From positions 2,432,001 through 2,496,000 of the forward strand of contig CAVOFT010000001.1 of NCBI GenBank assembly GCA_963695095.1: 64,000 nt of DNA, given 5' to 3'. The stretch is from an uncultured bacterium. GTDB taxonomy: Bacteria > Krumholzibacteriota > Krumholzibacteriia > JACNKJ01. The notes beneath the pieces were generated by a model. It was not told where the DNA came from and did no database searches. It saw nothing but the letters and a program-made list of their open reading frames with translations. A program made the translations under genes and the position numbers. Numbering within the stretch: position 1 is the first letter of the stretch; every line of letters starts with the position of its first letter. Shown in pieces: positions 34,288 to 45,308 of the stretch.

Positions 34288-34987
34288 TCAGCCGCGGAAG
34301 CGGTAGCCCACCCCGCGCACCGTGCGCACGATGGCGCCGCCGCCGGGCAGTTCGCCCAGCTTGCTGCGCAGCCGGTTGACGAGGACGTCCACGGCCCGCT
34401 CGGTGTTGCCCTGCCCGCTCCCCCAGACCAGTTCCTGCAGGTCGTTGCGGCTGAAGGTCTCGTCGGGCCGGCTGGCCAACTGATACAGCAGCTTGAATTC
34501 CAGGGCCGTGAGCTGCACGGGATTGCTGCCCTCCCGGCTGACGCAGAGGCGGTCCGGCTGGATGCTGAAGCCCTCCAGACAGATGGCCGCCCCGCCGTCG
34601 CCGCTCTCCCGCACCCCGCTGCCGGCGCCGGAGCAGAGCGCGGATCCGCGCCAGCATTTCAGTGACATCCACGGGCTTGACCATGTAGTCGTCGGCCCCC
34701 TGATCGAGGCCGCTGACCTTGTCGCTGGGCTTGTCCAGCGACGTCACCATGAGAATGGGAATGGCGCGGGTCTCGCCGAGCTCGCGCAGCGAGCGGCAGA
34801 CCGCCAGCCCGCTTTCATCCGGAAGGAGCAGATCGAGGACGATGAGGTCCGGCTGCTCTCTGCGGGCCAGCGCGAGCGCGGAAGCCGCCGTCTGTTCGGC
34901 GAGCACGCCATAGCCCGCCTGCTCGACGCTGGCTGCGAGCATGCGCAACGTGCTCAGATCGTCCTCGACGATCAGGATCTTCTCCAT
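34288..34987 (-). CDS. OmpR/PhoB-family response regulator (+1 frameshift near 34625, probably a sequencing error)
   Basis: The receiver domain (ILIVEDD, LDLLLP, GADDYMVKP) is in one frame and the winged helix (LTALEFKLL, RAVDVLVNRLRSKL, TVRGVGYRF) is in the next. Confidence 0.88.
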
Positions 34988-35085
34988 CGTTTCAATCTCC
35001 CCCGGTACCCATCGGCGCTCAGTCTAGCAGCGTATCCTCGAATATTGCAATCAAATGTGAGCGCAAGGACTTACGAACCGTAAGC

Positions 35086-35113
35086 TGTCGCACAAATGCG
35101 ACAATTGGCGACA
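35086..35113. promoter_or_regulatory. Candidate operator between the response regulator and proline dehydrogenase
   Basis: Perfect inverted repeat TGTCGCA-CAAA-TGCGACA plus a second GCGACA at 10-nt period. Confidence 0.4.
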
Positions 35114-35227
35114 GGCGGGCTCCAGGACTCACTCTCGCCCTCCTTGACCGCGGGGGTCCACCGCCCTACCTTGGGCCTGCCCCCACTGGACCCTGGCCGC
35201 CAGCCCCAGCGCTTTGGAAAGGTCGCC

Positions 35228-36131
35228 ATGCCGTCCCTGCTCGATCGCAGCATCGCCGGGCTGCTCCCGGCAGTGCCGAAGCCAGTCGTCCGTCGCGTCT
35301 CCAGCCGCTACGTCGCGGGCGAGGACTTCCCCGCCGTCGTCGCCTTGGCGCGCGGCCTCGCCGAGCGCAATCTGCGCAGCACCATGGACATCCTCGGCGA
35401 GAACGCCCAATCCGCCGCTCAGGCTCGGCAGGCGGCCGCCGACTACCTCGAGCTGGTGGATCGCCAGGTCGCCGCCGGCGTCGACCGCAATGTCTCCATC
35501 AAGCTCAGCCAGCTGGGCCTCACTCTGGACAAAGAGCTCTGCCTCGAGAGCATGCGCAAGATCGTTGCCCGCTCGGCGGCCCAGGGCGGCAAGGTCCGCA
35601 TCGACATGGAGGACAGCGGTCTCACCGACGACACCCTCTGGGTCTATCGGTCCCTGCGCGCGGAGTTCGCCAACGTCGGCGTGGTGCTGCAGGCCTACTT
35701 GCACCGCACGCTGGCGCGACGTCGCCGCCCTGGCGCCGCTCACGCCGGACTACCGTCTCTGCAAGGGGATCTACATCGAGGCGCCGAGCATCGCCATCCA
35801 GGACCACGACGGCATCAATGCGAATTTCCTGCGCGCGCTGGCGGCGATGTTCGACGGCGGCAGCTACGTCGGCATCGCCACCCACGATGCCAGCCTCGTC
35901 GAAGGCGCCAAGCGGATGATCGCCGAGCGCGGCCTCGGGCCCGATCGCTACGAGTTCCAGATGCTGCTCGGCGTGCAGGAGCGCCTGCGCGATCGGCTGG
36001 TGGCCGAAGGCCATCCCCTGCGCGTCTACCTGCCCTACGGCAGCCAGTGGTACGCCTACTGCATGCGCCGCTTGAAGGAGAACCCGAGCGTCGCCGGCCA
36101 CGTCTTCCGCGCCATGTTCGGCCTCGGCTAG
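35228..36131 (+). CDS. putB: Monofunctional proline dehydrogenase (+1 frameshift near 35716)
   Basis: RYVAGE, SIKLSQLG, RIDMED, VLQAYLHRT; then in the next frame RLCKGIY, IATHD, EFQMLLG, RVYLPYG..WYAYCMRRLKE. Confidence 0.88.
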
Positions 36132-36169
36132 GGCGCGGCCCCCCTGCCCCCGCCGCGGCGACGCCGGAG

Positions 36170-37210
36170 CTAGTCCTCATCCCCCGGCCCGGCCGCCGGC
36201 AGGCCCAGACCCAGGCAGGCCAGCAGGACGGAGGCGTAGCTCCCGGGCGGGAGCGTGAAGCTCAGCCAGATGCCCCCTGCGGCGGCCTCCGCCGCCAGTT
36301 CCCCGACCGGCACGCGCAGCGGGCGGCGACCGCCGCGCAGGCGCGCCGCGAAGGCCGGCTCCCAGCCGCCAGCGGCAAGCAGGGCCACCTCGATGCGCCC
36401 GGGTTCGCCGGTCGGCGCCAGCATGCGCTTGCCGGGCAGGGGTCCGGTCGCGCTGATCTCCAGCCGCGCGGCCCGCGCGGCTTCCGCCTCCGCGTCCAGG
36501 ACCGGAAAGACGGCCCCGTGGCCGTGGATGTAGGCGAGATCGCCCGCGGCCAGCGCGGCAGCCTCCCCTTGCCGCGCCGCGCAGACCCGGTTGAAGAGCG
36601 CGGCCTGGAAGGCGCTGAAGAGGAAATCCTGAGCCCGCCCCTTCCGGCGATGGCTCGCGACCATGGCCTGTCGACCCCGCAGATGATTCTCGCCATCGCT
36701 GCCGAAGCGCTGCGGGCCGAAGTAATTGGGCAGGCCCGCCGCTGTCAGCTGCGCCAGGGCGGCGGCGAAGGCGGCCGGATCCGCCTCGCCCCGCAGGAAG
36801 AGCCGAAACCGATTGCCGGCCAGGTGGCCCAGGCGCAGCTTGTTGCGATGGGCCTGGGCCGAGAGCACGCGAAAGCGGGGATCGACGAGGGCGTCCAGCC
36901 GTCCCTCGCTGCCCTCGCGCGGGATCGAGAGCCGCTGGCGGGCCGTCGCACTGCGGTCCTTGCGCCCCGCCCAGCCGACGCTGCCCGGCGACAGGCCCAG
37001 GCGCTCGGCGATGAGGGCGGCCAGGCGCGGCGTGTCGATGTCGCGCTTCTCGATGTCCAGGTAGAGATGCTCCCCCTCGCCGCTGGCCGGATACAGGGGC
37101 AGCTCCTCGACGTGGAAGCGATCGGCGTCGGCGGGATAGGCAAGCGCCGCCGCCGGACCGGCGGCGAAGCGCAGGTCCCGCCAGGGATGCCATGCGGTCT
37201 CGGCGCTCAT
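36170..37210 (-). CDS. truD: tRNA pseudouridine(13) synthase
   Basis: FHVEE, GEGEH, AGRKDR.A...Q, LAGNRF, PNYFGPQRFG, FTLPPGSYA. Confidence 0.94.
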   Translation of the reverse strand: MSAETAWHPWRDLRFAAGPAAALAYPADADRFHVEELPLYPASGEGEHLYLDIEKRDIDTPRLAALIAERLGLSPGSVGWAGRKDRSATARQRLSIPREGSEGRLDALVDPRFRVLSAQAHRNKLRLGHLAGNRFRLFLRGEADPAAFAAALAQLTAAGLPNYFGPQRFGSDGENHLRGRQAMVASHRRKGRAQDFLFSAFQAALFNRVCAARQGEAAALAAGDLAYIHGHGAVFPVLDAEAEAARAARLEISATGPLPGKRMLAPTGEPGRIEVALLAAGGWEPAFAARLRGGRRPLRVPVGELAAEAAAGGIWLSFTLPPGSYASVLLACLGLGLPAAGPGDED

Positions 37211-37797
37211 GGCTGGGCCTCCCCCTGCCGGTAGCGATAGCGATGGATGGCGCGGCCTTCCCGGCGATACTTGAGCTCGAAATGCGTGCCCGGCAGCTCG
37301 TCCTCGGGCCAGGCGAGCAGAGTCAGCGCCGGCGCTGCGGCCAGGAGCCGCGCGATCACGCGCGCGTAGTCCGCATGATCCGTGGTCACCCGCAGCTCGC
37401 CGCCCGGCGCGAGCACCCGCTGGGCTTCGGCGAGGAAAGCGGGAGTCAGCAAGCGGCGCTTGTGGTGGCGGCGCTTGGGCCAGGGATCGGGATGGTAGAC
37501 GTGCAGGGCGGCCAGACTCGCAGAGGCCACCTTCTCGCTGAGGAAGACCATGGCCTCCGCGCGCAGGATGCGCAGGTTGGGGGGCGACTCCTTGAGGATG
37601 CGCCGCTTGCCCTCGAGGAACCACTTGCGCGACAGCTCGACGCCGACGAAGTCGGCATCGGGCCGGCCCTGGGCCGACAGCAAGAGAAAGCGCCCCTTGC
37701 CGAAACCCAGTTCCAGCTCCACGGGTGCCCTGCGGCCGAAGACCGTCTCCCAGTCCCAGGGACCGGGAGCCTCGGCAGGCAGCTCGGGATCCAGCAT
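37207..37797 (-). CDS. trmB: tRNA (guanine-N7)-methyltransferase
   Basis: LELGFGKG, PDPWPKRRHHKRR, TDHADY, THFELKY. Confidence 0.94.
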   Translation of the reverse strand: MLDPELPAEAPGPWDWETVFGRRAPVELELGFGKGRFLLLSAQGRPDADFVGVELSRKWFLEGKRRILKESPPNLRILRAEAMVFLSEKVASASLAALHVYHPDPWPKRRHHKRRLLTPAFLAEAQRVLAPGGELRVTTDHADYARVIARLLAAAPALTLLAWPEDELPGTHFELKYRREGRAIHRYRYRQGEAQP

Positions 37798-37913
37798 GGC
37801 AGCCTCCGGCCCGAATTCTATAGCAGAGCCGTGCCGGCGCCTCAAGGTCCGGAGCGCGCCCCTTGCAACTTGCGTGCACCCTGGCGCTCTGCCAAGCTGC
37901 CGCGGGAGGCAAG

Positions 37914-38594
37914 GTGGCCGAGTTTCTGCACATGGTACTGGCCGGCAATATCGGCGCCGGCAAGACGACGGTGAGCCGTCTGCTCAGCGAGCGCCTGGGC
38001 TGGCGCAGCTACTACGAACGCGTCGATGAGAACCCCTTCCTGGCCGATTTCTATCGCGACATGCCGCGCTGGGCCTTCGCCCTCCAGCTCACCTTCCTCG
38101 TGCACCGGCTCGAGGATCATCGCCTGATCGCCGAGCGCGGCGAGAGCGCCATCCAGGACCGCAGCCTCCACGAAGACGCGCTCATCTTCGCCCGCAACCT
38201 GCACGAGCTCGGTATGCTCAACGCCGGGGAGTGGGATACCTACCAGCGCCTGTATCGCCAGGCGCTGGCCCTGCTCAGGCCGCCCGACCTCGTCGTCTAC
38301 CTGCGCCGCGGGCTGCCCGGCTTGCTGGCGAACATCCGCCAGCGCGGCCGCGACTACGAGGCCGCCATCGACCCGGGCTATCTCGAGCGGCTCAACGGCT
38401 ACTACGAGGCGTGGATCGCCTCCCGCCCGAGCGATCGCGTGCTGGTCGTCGAGGCCGACGCTCTGGACCTGGCCCGCGACGCGAGCGATCTGGACTGCCT
38501 CATCGCGCAGGTGCGCGCCGCCTGCCCGCAGCGCGAGCTGTTCGGACCGGCGCCGGCCCCGGCAGACCCCCGCTTCCGCCTGCTGCTGCCCTAG
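37914..38594 (+). CDS. Deoxynucleoside kinase
   Basis: GNIGAGKTT, NPFLADFY, QDRSLHED, IRQRGRDYE. Confidence 0.92.
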   Translation: MAEFLHMVLAGNIGAGKTTVSRLLSERLGWRSYYERVDENPFLADFYRDMPRWAFALQLTFLVHRLEDHRLIAERGESAIQDRSLHEDALIFARNLHELGMLNAGEWDTYQRLYRQALALLRPPDLVVYLRRGLPGLLANIRQRGRDYEAAIDPGYLERLNGYYEAWIASRPSDRVLVVEADALDLARDASDLDCLIAQVRAACPQRELFGPAPAPADPRFRLLLP

Positions 38595-38682
38595 CCGGCG
38601 CCCCGTATTCCCCTTGGTGCGCGGCGCCGGATCGGCTACACTGTGGATCCCACTCCCGCCTTCGCCGTCCACCGGAGGCCGC

Positions 38683-40191
38683 ATGTCCGCGCCACCGCAG
38701 GCGCGGGTCTTGGCTCGCAGCGAGCACAACATCTCGCGGCGATACATCGACCCCGACGCACTGAAGATCCTCTACCGCCTGCACAACGCAGGCCACCTGG
38801 CCTATCTGGTCGGTGGCGGCGTGCGCGACCTCCTGCTCGATCGCGTGCCCAAGGATTTCGACATCGGCACCGACGCGACGCCCGAGGACATCCTCGACCT
38901 CTTTCGCAACAGCCGCGTCATCGGGCGGCGCTTCCCCATCGTCCAGGTGATGTTCGGCCGCGGCCAGGTCTTCGAGGTCGCGACCTTCCGCGCCCTCGAC
39001 GAGGCGGCCAGCGAGGAGGCGGACGCCGACCCTGAACTCAGCGATCAGGACACGCTCGAGGAAGAGGCGCGCCTGGAGGCGGAGGCCGACCGCCTGGTGG
39101 GCCTGAACGGCGAACCCGAAGCGGAAAGCGAGCAGGACGACGAGGACGAGGACGAACAGGAGGACAGCCCCCGGACCCTGCGCCCGGCGGCGGCGCGCGA
39201 GCAGGCTTCCCGCGCCCTGGCCGAAGCGACGCCGGGCGCCGCGCGCGCGCCCCGCTCCCGCCGCGGCTACGACCGCGGACGCCACCTGCTCGAGTTCGCG
39301 GATCAGCGCTACGGCAGCCCCGCCGAAGACGCCTGGCGCCGCGATCTGACGATCAACGGCCTCTTCTACGACATCGCCGACTTCAGCGTCATCGACTACG
39401 TGGGCGGCCTGGCCGATCTCGAGGCCGGCGTGATCCGCTCGATCGGCGACGCGGACGAGCGCTTCCAGGGCGATCCGGTGCGCATGATCCGCGCCCTGCG
39501 CCATGGCGGGCGCACGGGCTTCCGCATCGAAGCGGCCACCTGGGACGCCATCCTGCGCCACCGGGAGCGGCTGGCCGACTGCAGCAAGGCGCGCGTCCTG
39601 GAGGAGTTCTACCGCGATCTGCGCGGGGGCGCGGCGCTCGCCAGCCTCGCGCTCATGCGCCGGGCCGGTCTGCTGGCGGCAATCTTGCCCGCCCTGGAGG
39701 AGTTCTTTCCGCCATTGCCGCCCGCAGGCGACGCCCCCCTGCCCTGGCGCCGCCTGGCGCTTCTGGACGAGGCCATCGCCGCCGGCGAGGAGTTCAGCAA
39801 CGGCTTCCTGCTCGCGCTGCTGCTGGCCTTCCCGCTCCTGGACACCCTGCACGCCCGCGAGGCTGCCGCCGGCGGCGGGGCCAACGCCCGGGTGGATTTC
39901 GGGCGCCTGGCCTATCGCTTCCTGAAGCCGCTCACGGCCCGCCTCGGCGTCGCGCGGCGGGACACCGAACAGCTCTTCCTGATCGCGCTCAGCCAGCGCC
40001 GGCTGGCCGGCTGTCTCGACGGCCAGCCCGTGCCGGGCTTCTTCCGCAACAAGCCCTACTTCGGGGAAGCCTACCGGCTCTTCACTCTCGACGCCGAGAC
40101 CCGCGGCCTCGCGGCCCCGCCCCTGCTCTTCGGCGGTAGCCGGCGGCGCTCCCGACGCCGGCGCCGGCGCCGGCGCAGCCACGCCGAGTGA
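38683..40191 (+). CDS. pcnB: Poly(A) polymerase PcnB-like
   Basis: [17 protein letters not shown]-type signature [26 protein letters not shown]; Arg-rich tail. Confidence 0.88.
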   Translation: MSAPPQARVLARSEHNISRRYIDPDALKILYRLHNAGHLAYLVGGGVRDLLLDRVPKDFDIGTDATPEDILDLFRNSRVIGRRFPIVQVMFGRGQVFEVATFRALDEAASEEADADPELSDQDTLEEEARLEAEADRLVGLNGEPEAESEQDDEDEDEQEDSPRTLRPAAAREQASRALAEATPGAARAPRSRRGYDRGRHLLEFADQRYGSPAEDAWRRDLTINGLFYDIADFSVIDYVGGLADLEAGVIRSIGDADERFQGDPVRMIRALRHGGRTGFRIEAATWDAILRHRERLADCSKARVLEEFYRDLRGGAALASLALMRRAGLLAAILPALEEFFPPLPPAGDAPLPWRRLALLDEAIAAGEEFSNGFLLALLLAFPLLDTLHAREAAAGGGANARVDFGRLAYRFLKPLTARLGVARRDTEQLFLIALSQRRLAGCLDGQPVPGFFRNKPYFGEAYRLFTLDAETRGLAAPPLLFGGSRRRSRRRRRRRRSHAE

Positions 40192-40782
40192 GCGGACGCG
40201 TCCTCGGTCCCGCCTTCTTCGCCCGCCCGGTGCTCACGGTCGCGCGGGATCTGCTCGGTCGCCATCTGGTGCGCGATCTGGACGGCGAGCGGCTCGTCCT
40301 GCGCATCGTCGAGACGGAGGCCTACGCCGGGCCGACGGATGCCGCCAGCCACGCCCGCGGCGGGCCCACGCCCCGCAACCGGGTGATGTTCGGCCCCCCC
40401 GGACGTGAGCTACGTCTACCTGATCTACGGCCTGCACCATTGCCTCAACCTGGTCTGCGGCGCGACGGGCGAGGCGGCGGCCGTGCTGCTGCGCGCGGGC
40501 GAGCCGCTGGCCGGCCTGGAGCGGATGGCGGCCCTGCGCCGGGGCCGTCCGCGCCGCGACTGGGCGCGCGGGCCGGGACGGCTCTGCGCCGCCCTCGCCC
40601 TGGATCGCCGCCACGACGGCCTGCCGCTGCCCCACGTCGAGCTGTGGCTCGAGGCCGGACGGCCCCTGCCGGCGGCGGCGACCCTGCGGCGGCCGCGCGT
40701 GGGCGTCGACTATGCAGGCGCAGCAGCCCGCTGGCCCTGGCGTTTCCTCGAGAAGGACTGTCCCTGGGTGAGCCGGCCCTGA
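40188..40782 (+). CDS. 3-methyladenine DNA glycosylase (MPG/AAG family; +1 frameshift in or next to the C7 run near 40400)
   Basis: [14 protein letters not shown], then [29 protein letters not shown] in the next frame. Confidence 0.88.
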
Positions 40783-40801
40783 AGGGCGGCCCGGCGGCCG
40801 G

Positions 40802-41965
40802 CTAGGCCGGGTTCTCGCTGCGCGCGATGCTCAGACCGCGGCGGGCCAGCTCGCCGAGGCAGCGCTCGGCCGGCACGGCCAGCTCGAGCGAGTGGGCGCC
40901 GGGCCCCGCCCCCTCGCCCCGGGCGATGAGACTGAGCACGGTGGCCGCGGGAAAGGCCGTCGTGCGCCGCATGGCGGACAGCCCCGTGGCCTCGTCGTAG
41001 ACGTCGATCATCTCGAAGCGGCGGCGCCGGCGGCCGGCGGGCGTCTCCCCCACGGCCTCCACCCGGAAGACGACCAGGTCGCGCACCCCCTCCTCGGTCA
41101 GCGCGCGCGTGAGCAGGGCGGCGCTGAGGGCGCGCGGGCTCGTCGGGCGGCCGTCGACCGCGACGGGCGCCTCGTCGAAGTAGCCGAGCGCTTTCAGGAG
41201 CCGGATCTTGGCGGCGTGGCCGGGATAGCGCACCGTCTTGTAGTCGAGCTCCTGGACGCGCCCGCGCAGCGTCCAGGGCAGGGTGCTGGTGCCGCCCAGG
41301 GTGGCGAAGGCCTCGCAGCGGCCCACGGGCGCCGGGAACTCGAGGCTCTCGACGTCCTCGAGGGTGGGCACCGTGGCCAGCTCGCCGCCCTTGAGCACCA
41401 CCGCCTCGCCCATGTACTCGTTGATCAGGCCGTGCACGGAGAAGAAGAGGCTGTAGTCGAGCGGCGGCCGCGGCTGCTGGGGCAGGCCGCCCACGCGGAT
41501 GCGCAGGCTCTCGACGCGCTCCATGTCCGCGATGGCCGCCATCGCCACCGTCGCCGCCAGGCCGGGGGCGAGTCCGCAATCGGGCACCAGGCTGGCGCCG
41601 CTGGCCCGCGCGAGCGGATCGAGTTCGAGCGTGCGGCGCACGATGTCCGTGTTGCCGCCGAGGTCCACGTAGTGCACGCCGCCGCGCGCGCAGGCCTCGG
41701 CGACGGGCAGATTGAGGAAGTAGGGCAGGGCGCTGAAGCAGGCATCGGCGTCGGCCAGCAGGGGCGACAGGGCGGCCGGGTCGCTCAGATCCAGGGCCTG
41801 GGTGCGCACACCGGCCGCGGCCAGCATGGGCAGCTCGCCGAGGCAGCGCGCGAGCGCCGCGGCATCGGCGTCGACCAGGGCGAGCGCCGTCGCGCCGCCG
41901 TGTGCCAGCAAGTCGTAGGCCGCGGCGCTGCCCTGGAGACCGGCGCCGAGGACGAGGACGCGCAT
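40802..41965 (-). CDS. Saccharopine dehydrogenase-like oxidoreductase
   Basis: [48 protein letters not shown]. Confidence 0.88.
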   Translation of the reverse strand: MRVLVLGAGLQGSAAAYDLLAHGGATALALVDADAAALARCLGELPMLAAAGVRTQALDLSDPAALSPLLADADACFSALPYFLNLPVAEACARGGVHYVDLGGNTDIVRRTLELDPLARASGASLVPDCGLAPGLAATVAMAAIADMERVESLRIRVGGLPQQPRPPLDYSLFFSVHGLINEYMGEAVVLKGGELATVPTLEDVESLEFPAPVGRCEAFATLGGTSTLPWTLRGRVQELDYKTVRYPGHAAKIRLLKALGYFDEAPVAVDGRPTSPRALSAALLTRALTEEGVRDLVVFRVEAVGETPAGRRRRRFEMIDVYDEATGLSAMRRTTAFPAATVLSLIARGEGAGPGAHSLELAVPAERCLGELARRGLSIARSENPA

Positions 41966-42351
41966 CAGTCGAAGACGCTGGTGTTGATCTTGTAGTAGAG
42001 CCACACCATGAAGAGCGAGGTGGCCGTCACGAGGCCCGCCACGGCCCAGCGGTTGGTCTCGCTCGTGCGCACCGAGACCACACTGGCCTGGGGCAGGGTG
42101 GTCTCCATGACGTACTCGGCCACGCCGTCCTCGATGCGCTCGACCATTTCGAGGCGGTAGTCACCCGTGTCCGTGACAGTGAGCGCCTGGGCGACGTAGA
42201 TGACGCCGTCCTTGTCCACGAGGCGGACGTTGCCGCGCAGGGCAGTGCCGCTGGGCGTGTCCTCGGGGTTCAGCTCCACGGAGCGCAGGCAGGCCCCCGT
42301 GGCGGTCAGCGTGAGCAGCAGCAGGGTGATCGCAAGCCAGCGTCTCGTCAT
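41965..42351 (-). CDS. Hypothetical membrane protein / putative lipoprotein
   Basis: Signal-like N-terminus ending TGAC, C-terminal hydrophobic helix, RBS GAGGAG; translationally coupled to the next gene. Confidence 0.65.
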   Translation of the reverse strand: MTRRWLAITLLLLTLTATGACLRSVELNPEDTPSGTALRGNVRLVDKDGVIYVAQALTVTDTGDYRLEMVERIEDGVAEYVMETTLPQASVVSVRTSETNRWAVAGLVTATSLFMVWLYYKINTSVFD

Positions 42352-42433
42352 GGTGGTCCAGCACTCCTCGGGCACTCGACATTTGGGGCCGCGGAACTCT
42401 AGCACGGGAATTCCGGCTCCGCAAGACCGCGGC

Positions 42434-43838
42434 TCACAGGTCCCGGTCCAGGCGCTGCTTGCCGGCCTGGCTGCGCACCGGCACCGGATAGTCCCCCGTG
42501 AAGCAGGCGGTGCAGAAGCCCTCCGGGCTCTTGGCGCAGCCCAGCATGCCCGCCAGGGACAGGTAGGCGAGGGAGTCCACGCCGAGGAAGCCGCGGATGC
42601 CCTCGACGTCGAAGCGCGAGCGGATCAGCTCTTCCTTGGTCGGCATGTCGATACCGTAGAAGCAGGGGTGGGTGATCGGCGGCGAGCTGATGCGCAGGTG
42701 CACTTCCCGCGCCCCGGCCTCGCGCAGCAGGCGCACGAGCTTGCGCATCGTCGAACCGCGCACGATGGAGTCGTCGACGACGGCCACGCGCTTGCCCCGC
42801 AGCACGCCGCGCACGGGGTTGTACTTGATGAGCACGCCCGCATCGCGCACGCTCTGCTTGGGGCTGATGAAGGTGCGGCCCACGTAGTGGTTGCGGATCA
42901 GCCCGAACTCGAAGCGGATGCCGCTCTCGAGGCTGTAGCCCAGCGCCGCGCTGTTGGACGAGTCGGGCACGGCGATGACGAAGTCCGCCTCCACCGGGTG
43001 CTCGCGGGCCAGCTGCTTGCCCAGCTTGCGGCGCACCTTGTCCACGTTCTCCTCGAAGACGATGCTGTCCGGCCGGGCGAAGTAGACGAACTCGAAGATG
43101 CAGCGCGCGGCCGCCGCCCCGCTGGCGACGATGGTGCTGTGCAGGCCCTGCTCGTCGATCATGATCAGCTCGCCGGGGACGACGTCGCGCTGGTACTGGC
43201 CGCCGACGATGTCGAAGGCGCAGCTCTCGCTCGCGACGAGCCAGGCCTCGCCCAGGCGGCCGATGCACAGGGGCCGAAAGCCGTGGCGGTCGCGATAGGC
43301 GAAGAGGCGGTCCTTGGCCAGGAGCAGCAGCGAGTAGGCGCCCTCCAGGCCGGTGACCGCCTCGGCGATCATGGCCCGCAGCTCGCTCTGCTCCGAGCGG
43401 GCGACGCGATGCAGCACCACCTCGCTGTCGCTGGTGGACTGGAAGATGTGCCCCTTGGCCTCCATGGCGTCGCGCAGCTCGACGGCATTGGTGATGTTGC
43501 CGTTGTGGGCGATCGCCAGGCGCCCCGCCTTGCAGTCGACGACGATGGGCTGCGCGTTGACCAGGCTGACGCGGCCGGTCGTGCTGTAGCGGTTGTGGCC
43601 GATGGCCAGGTGGCCGGCGAGCTGGGCCAGGCGCGCCTCGTTGAAGACGTCGCCGACCAGGCCCATGCCGATGTGGCTGGTCATGTGGCGGCTGTCGCTG
43701 GCCGTGATGCCGCTGGACTCCTGGCCGCGGTGCTGGAGCGCGTAGAGGCCCGAGGTAGCACAGCTCGGCCGCCCGCTCGTGCCCGTGGACGCCGATGATC
43801 CCGCATTCCTCGCGCGGCCGATCCGGTCCTCGCTTCAT
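42434..43838 (-). CDS. purF: Amidophosphoribosyltransferase (+1 frameshift near 43750)
   Basis: Propeptide then REECGIIG; after one extra G the frame gives LYALQHRGQES, HNRYST, HNGN, VDDSIVRG, CFYGID. Confidence 0.93.
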
Positions 43839-44455
43839 GGGGCAGCGGCGCCCGCCGCCGCGCTCTGGAGCGTCACGCCGAGGAGATGGCCCTCTTGATA
43901 GTGAGGATTGAGCAGGAGACCCTCGTGGCGCCCGCGACTGACGGCCAGGTCGGCGGCGAGCGCGCGCGCCGCGTCCGCGCCGGCGGCGGCGAGGGACAGC
44001 TCCCAGTAGCTGCCCGTGCGCAGGCCCGTCAGCTCGAGTCCCGCCGCGGCAAGACCGGCCGCCATCCGCCCGGCCTGGATGCGCGCTTCGCCCCCTTCGT
44101 CAGTGACCCAGAGCCCGAGCAGCCAGATGGGCCCGCCCGGGGCGGCGAGTTCCTGCGGCGTGGATCTTGCCGCGACGAGGGGCTCGCCCTCCCCGAGCCG
44201 GTCGGCATCGAGCCAAGCGAGGCGCTCTTTGTTCGGATTGTAGAAGTCAGCGCTGCGCTCGACCTCGGCGGCCAGCAGGCGCTGGGCGTCGGTGCGGGCC
44301 GCCAGGCCCGCACCGCTGAGACTGAAGCGCCAGAGGCGATGACGCCTCAGGTCCAGCAGCCGGCCCTCCCAGCCGAGCTGGCCGGTGAGGGCCAGCCAGG
44401 CCGTCTCGCGCACGAGATCGGCCGTCTTCAGGCTGACGAGCAGATCAAGGCGCAT
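43835..44455 (-). CDS. purS: Tandem (two-domain) PurS-like protein
   Basis: 206 aa between purQ and purF. Two halves end in FYNPNKE and LLLNPHYQE, resembling the PurS LLANPVIE motif. Confidence 0.6.
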   Translation of the reverse strand: MRLDLLVSLKTADLVRETAWLALTGQLGWEGRLLDLRRHRLWRFSLSGAGLAARTDAQRLLAAEVERSADFYNPNKERLAWLDADRLGEGEPLVAARSTPQELAAPGGPIWLLGLWVTDEGGEARIQAGRMAAGLAAAGLELTGLRTGSYWELSLAAAGADAARALAADLAVSRGRHEGLLLNPHYQEGHLLGVTLQSAAAGAAAP

Positions 44456-45308
44456 GGCGGCTCTCCTCGCGGGGCGCGGGGCGCTGGGCCGCCGCAACCA
44501 TGGCCGTGAAGAGGGCGTGGCCGGGACCCGGTCCGGCCAGCCGCTGCCAGTCGCCGGCGGCCGCGCGGCGCCGCTCGCCCCAGGGGCCGGCGAGCAGCGC
44601 GGGCACCTGGCCCAGATGCGCGGCGCGCTCGGGGTGGGGCATGATGGCCAGCACGTTGCCCGCCGGATTGCAGATGGCCGCAGCGTCGAGCGCGCTGCCG
44701 TTGGGGTTGGCCGGCCAGCCGCCGGCCGGCTCCCCCGCCGGGCCCACGTAGCGCAGGACGATCTGCCCCGCAGCCGCCAGCTCGGTGAAGAGCCCTTGGC
44801 GGCGGCTGGTGAAGCGACCCTCGCCGTGGGCGAAGGGGATGGGCAAGCGCTCGCCGGCCAGGGGAGCGAGCCAGGAGGGCGTCCGGGCGGCCACGGCCAG
44901 GTGGCTCCAGTCGGCGAAGTAGCCGCTCCTGCCCGTCATCAGGTTGGGCGCGAGGGCCATCTCGACGGCGCCCGGCTCGAGGCCCGGCACGAAGCCCGCC
45001 TCCACCAGCACCTGGGCGCCGTTGCAGATGCCCAGCACCGGCTTGCCGGCGGCGGCCTCGGCGAAGAGGGCATCGAGCACGCGCTCCTTGGCGGCCACGG
45101 CGCCGGCGCGGATGCGATCCTGGTAGCTGAAGCCGCCGGGCAGCAGGAAGAGCTCGAAGTCCGCCAGCCGCTCGGGCGCCTCGTTCCAGCGCAGGATCGT
45201 GGGCGCCGCTCCGGCGGCGGCCAGCGCGCGCGCCGACTCGTACTCGCAGTTGACCCCGGGGAACTGGATGACGGCCGCCCGCGGCGCTGTCTGTTCGCGC
45301 GCGCTCAT
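44445..45308 (-). CDS. purQ: FGAM synthase glutaminase subunit
   Basis: FPGVNCE, PGGFSYQD, GICNG.Q, AHGEG, NPNGS, MPHPER. Confidence 0.96.
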   Translation of the reverse strand: MSAREQTAPRAAVIQFPGVNCEYESARALAAAGAAPTILRWNEAPERLADFELFLLPGGFSYQDRIRAGAVAAKERVLDALFAEAAAGKPVLGICNGAQVLVEAGFVPGLEPGAVEMALAPNLMTGRSGYFADWSHLAVAARTPSWLAPLAGERLPIPFAHGEGRFTSRRQGLFTELAAAGQIVLRYVGPAGEPAGGWPANPNGSALDAAAICNPAGNVLAIMPHPERAAHLGQVPALLAGPWGERRRAAAGDWQRLAGPGPGHALFTAMVAAAQRPAPREESRHAP

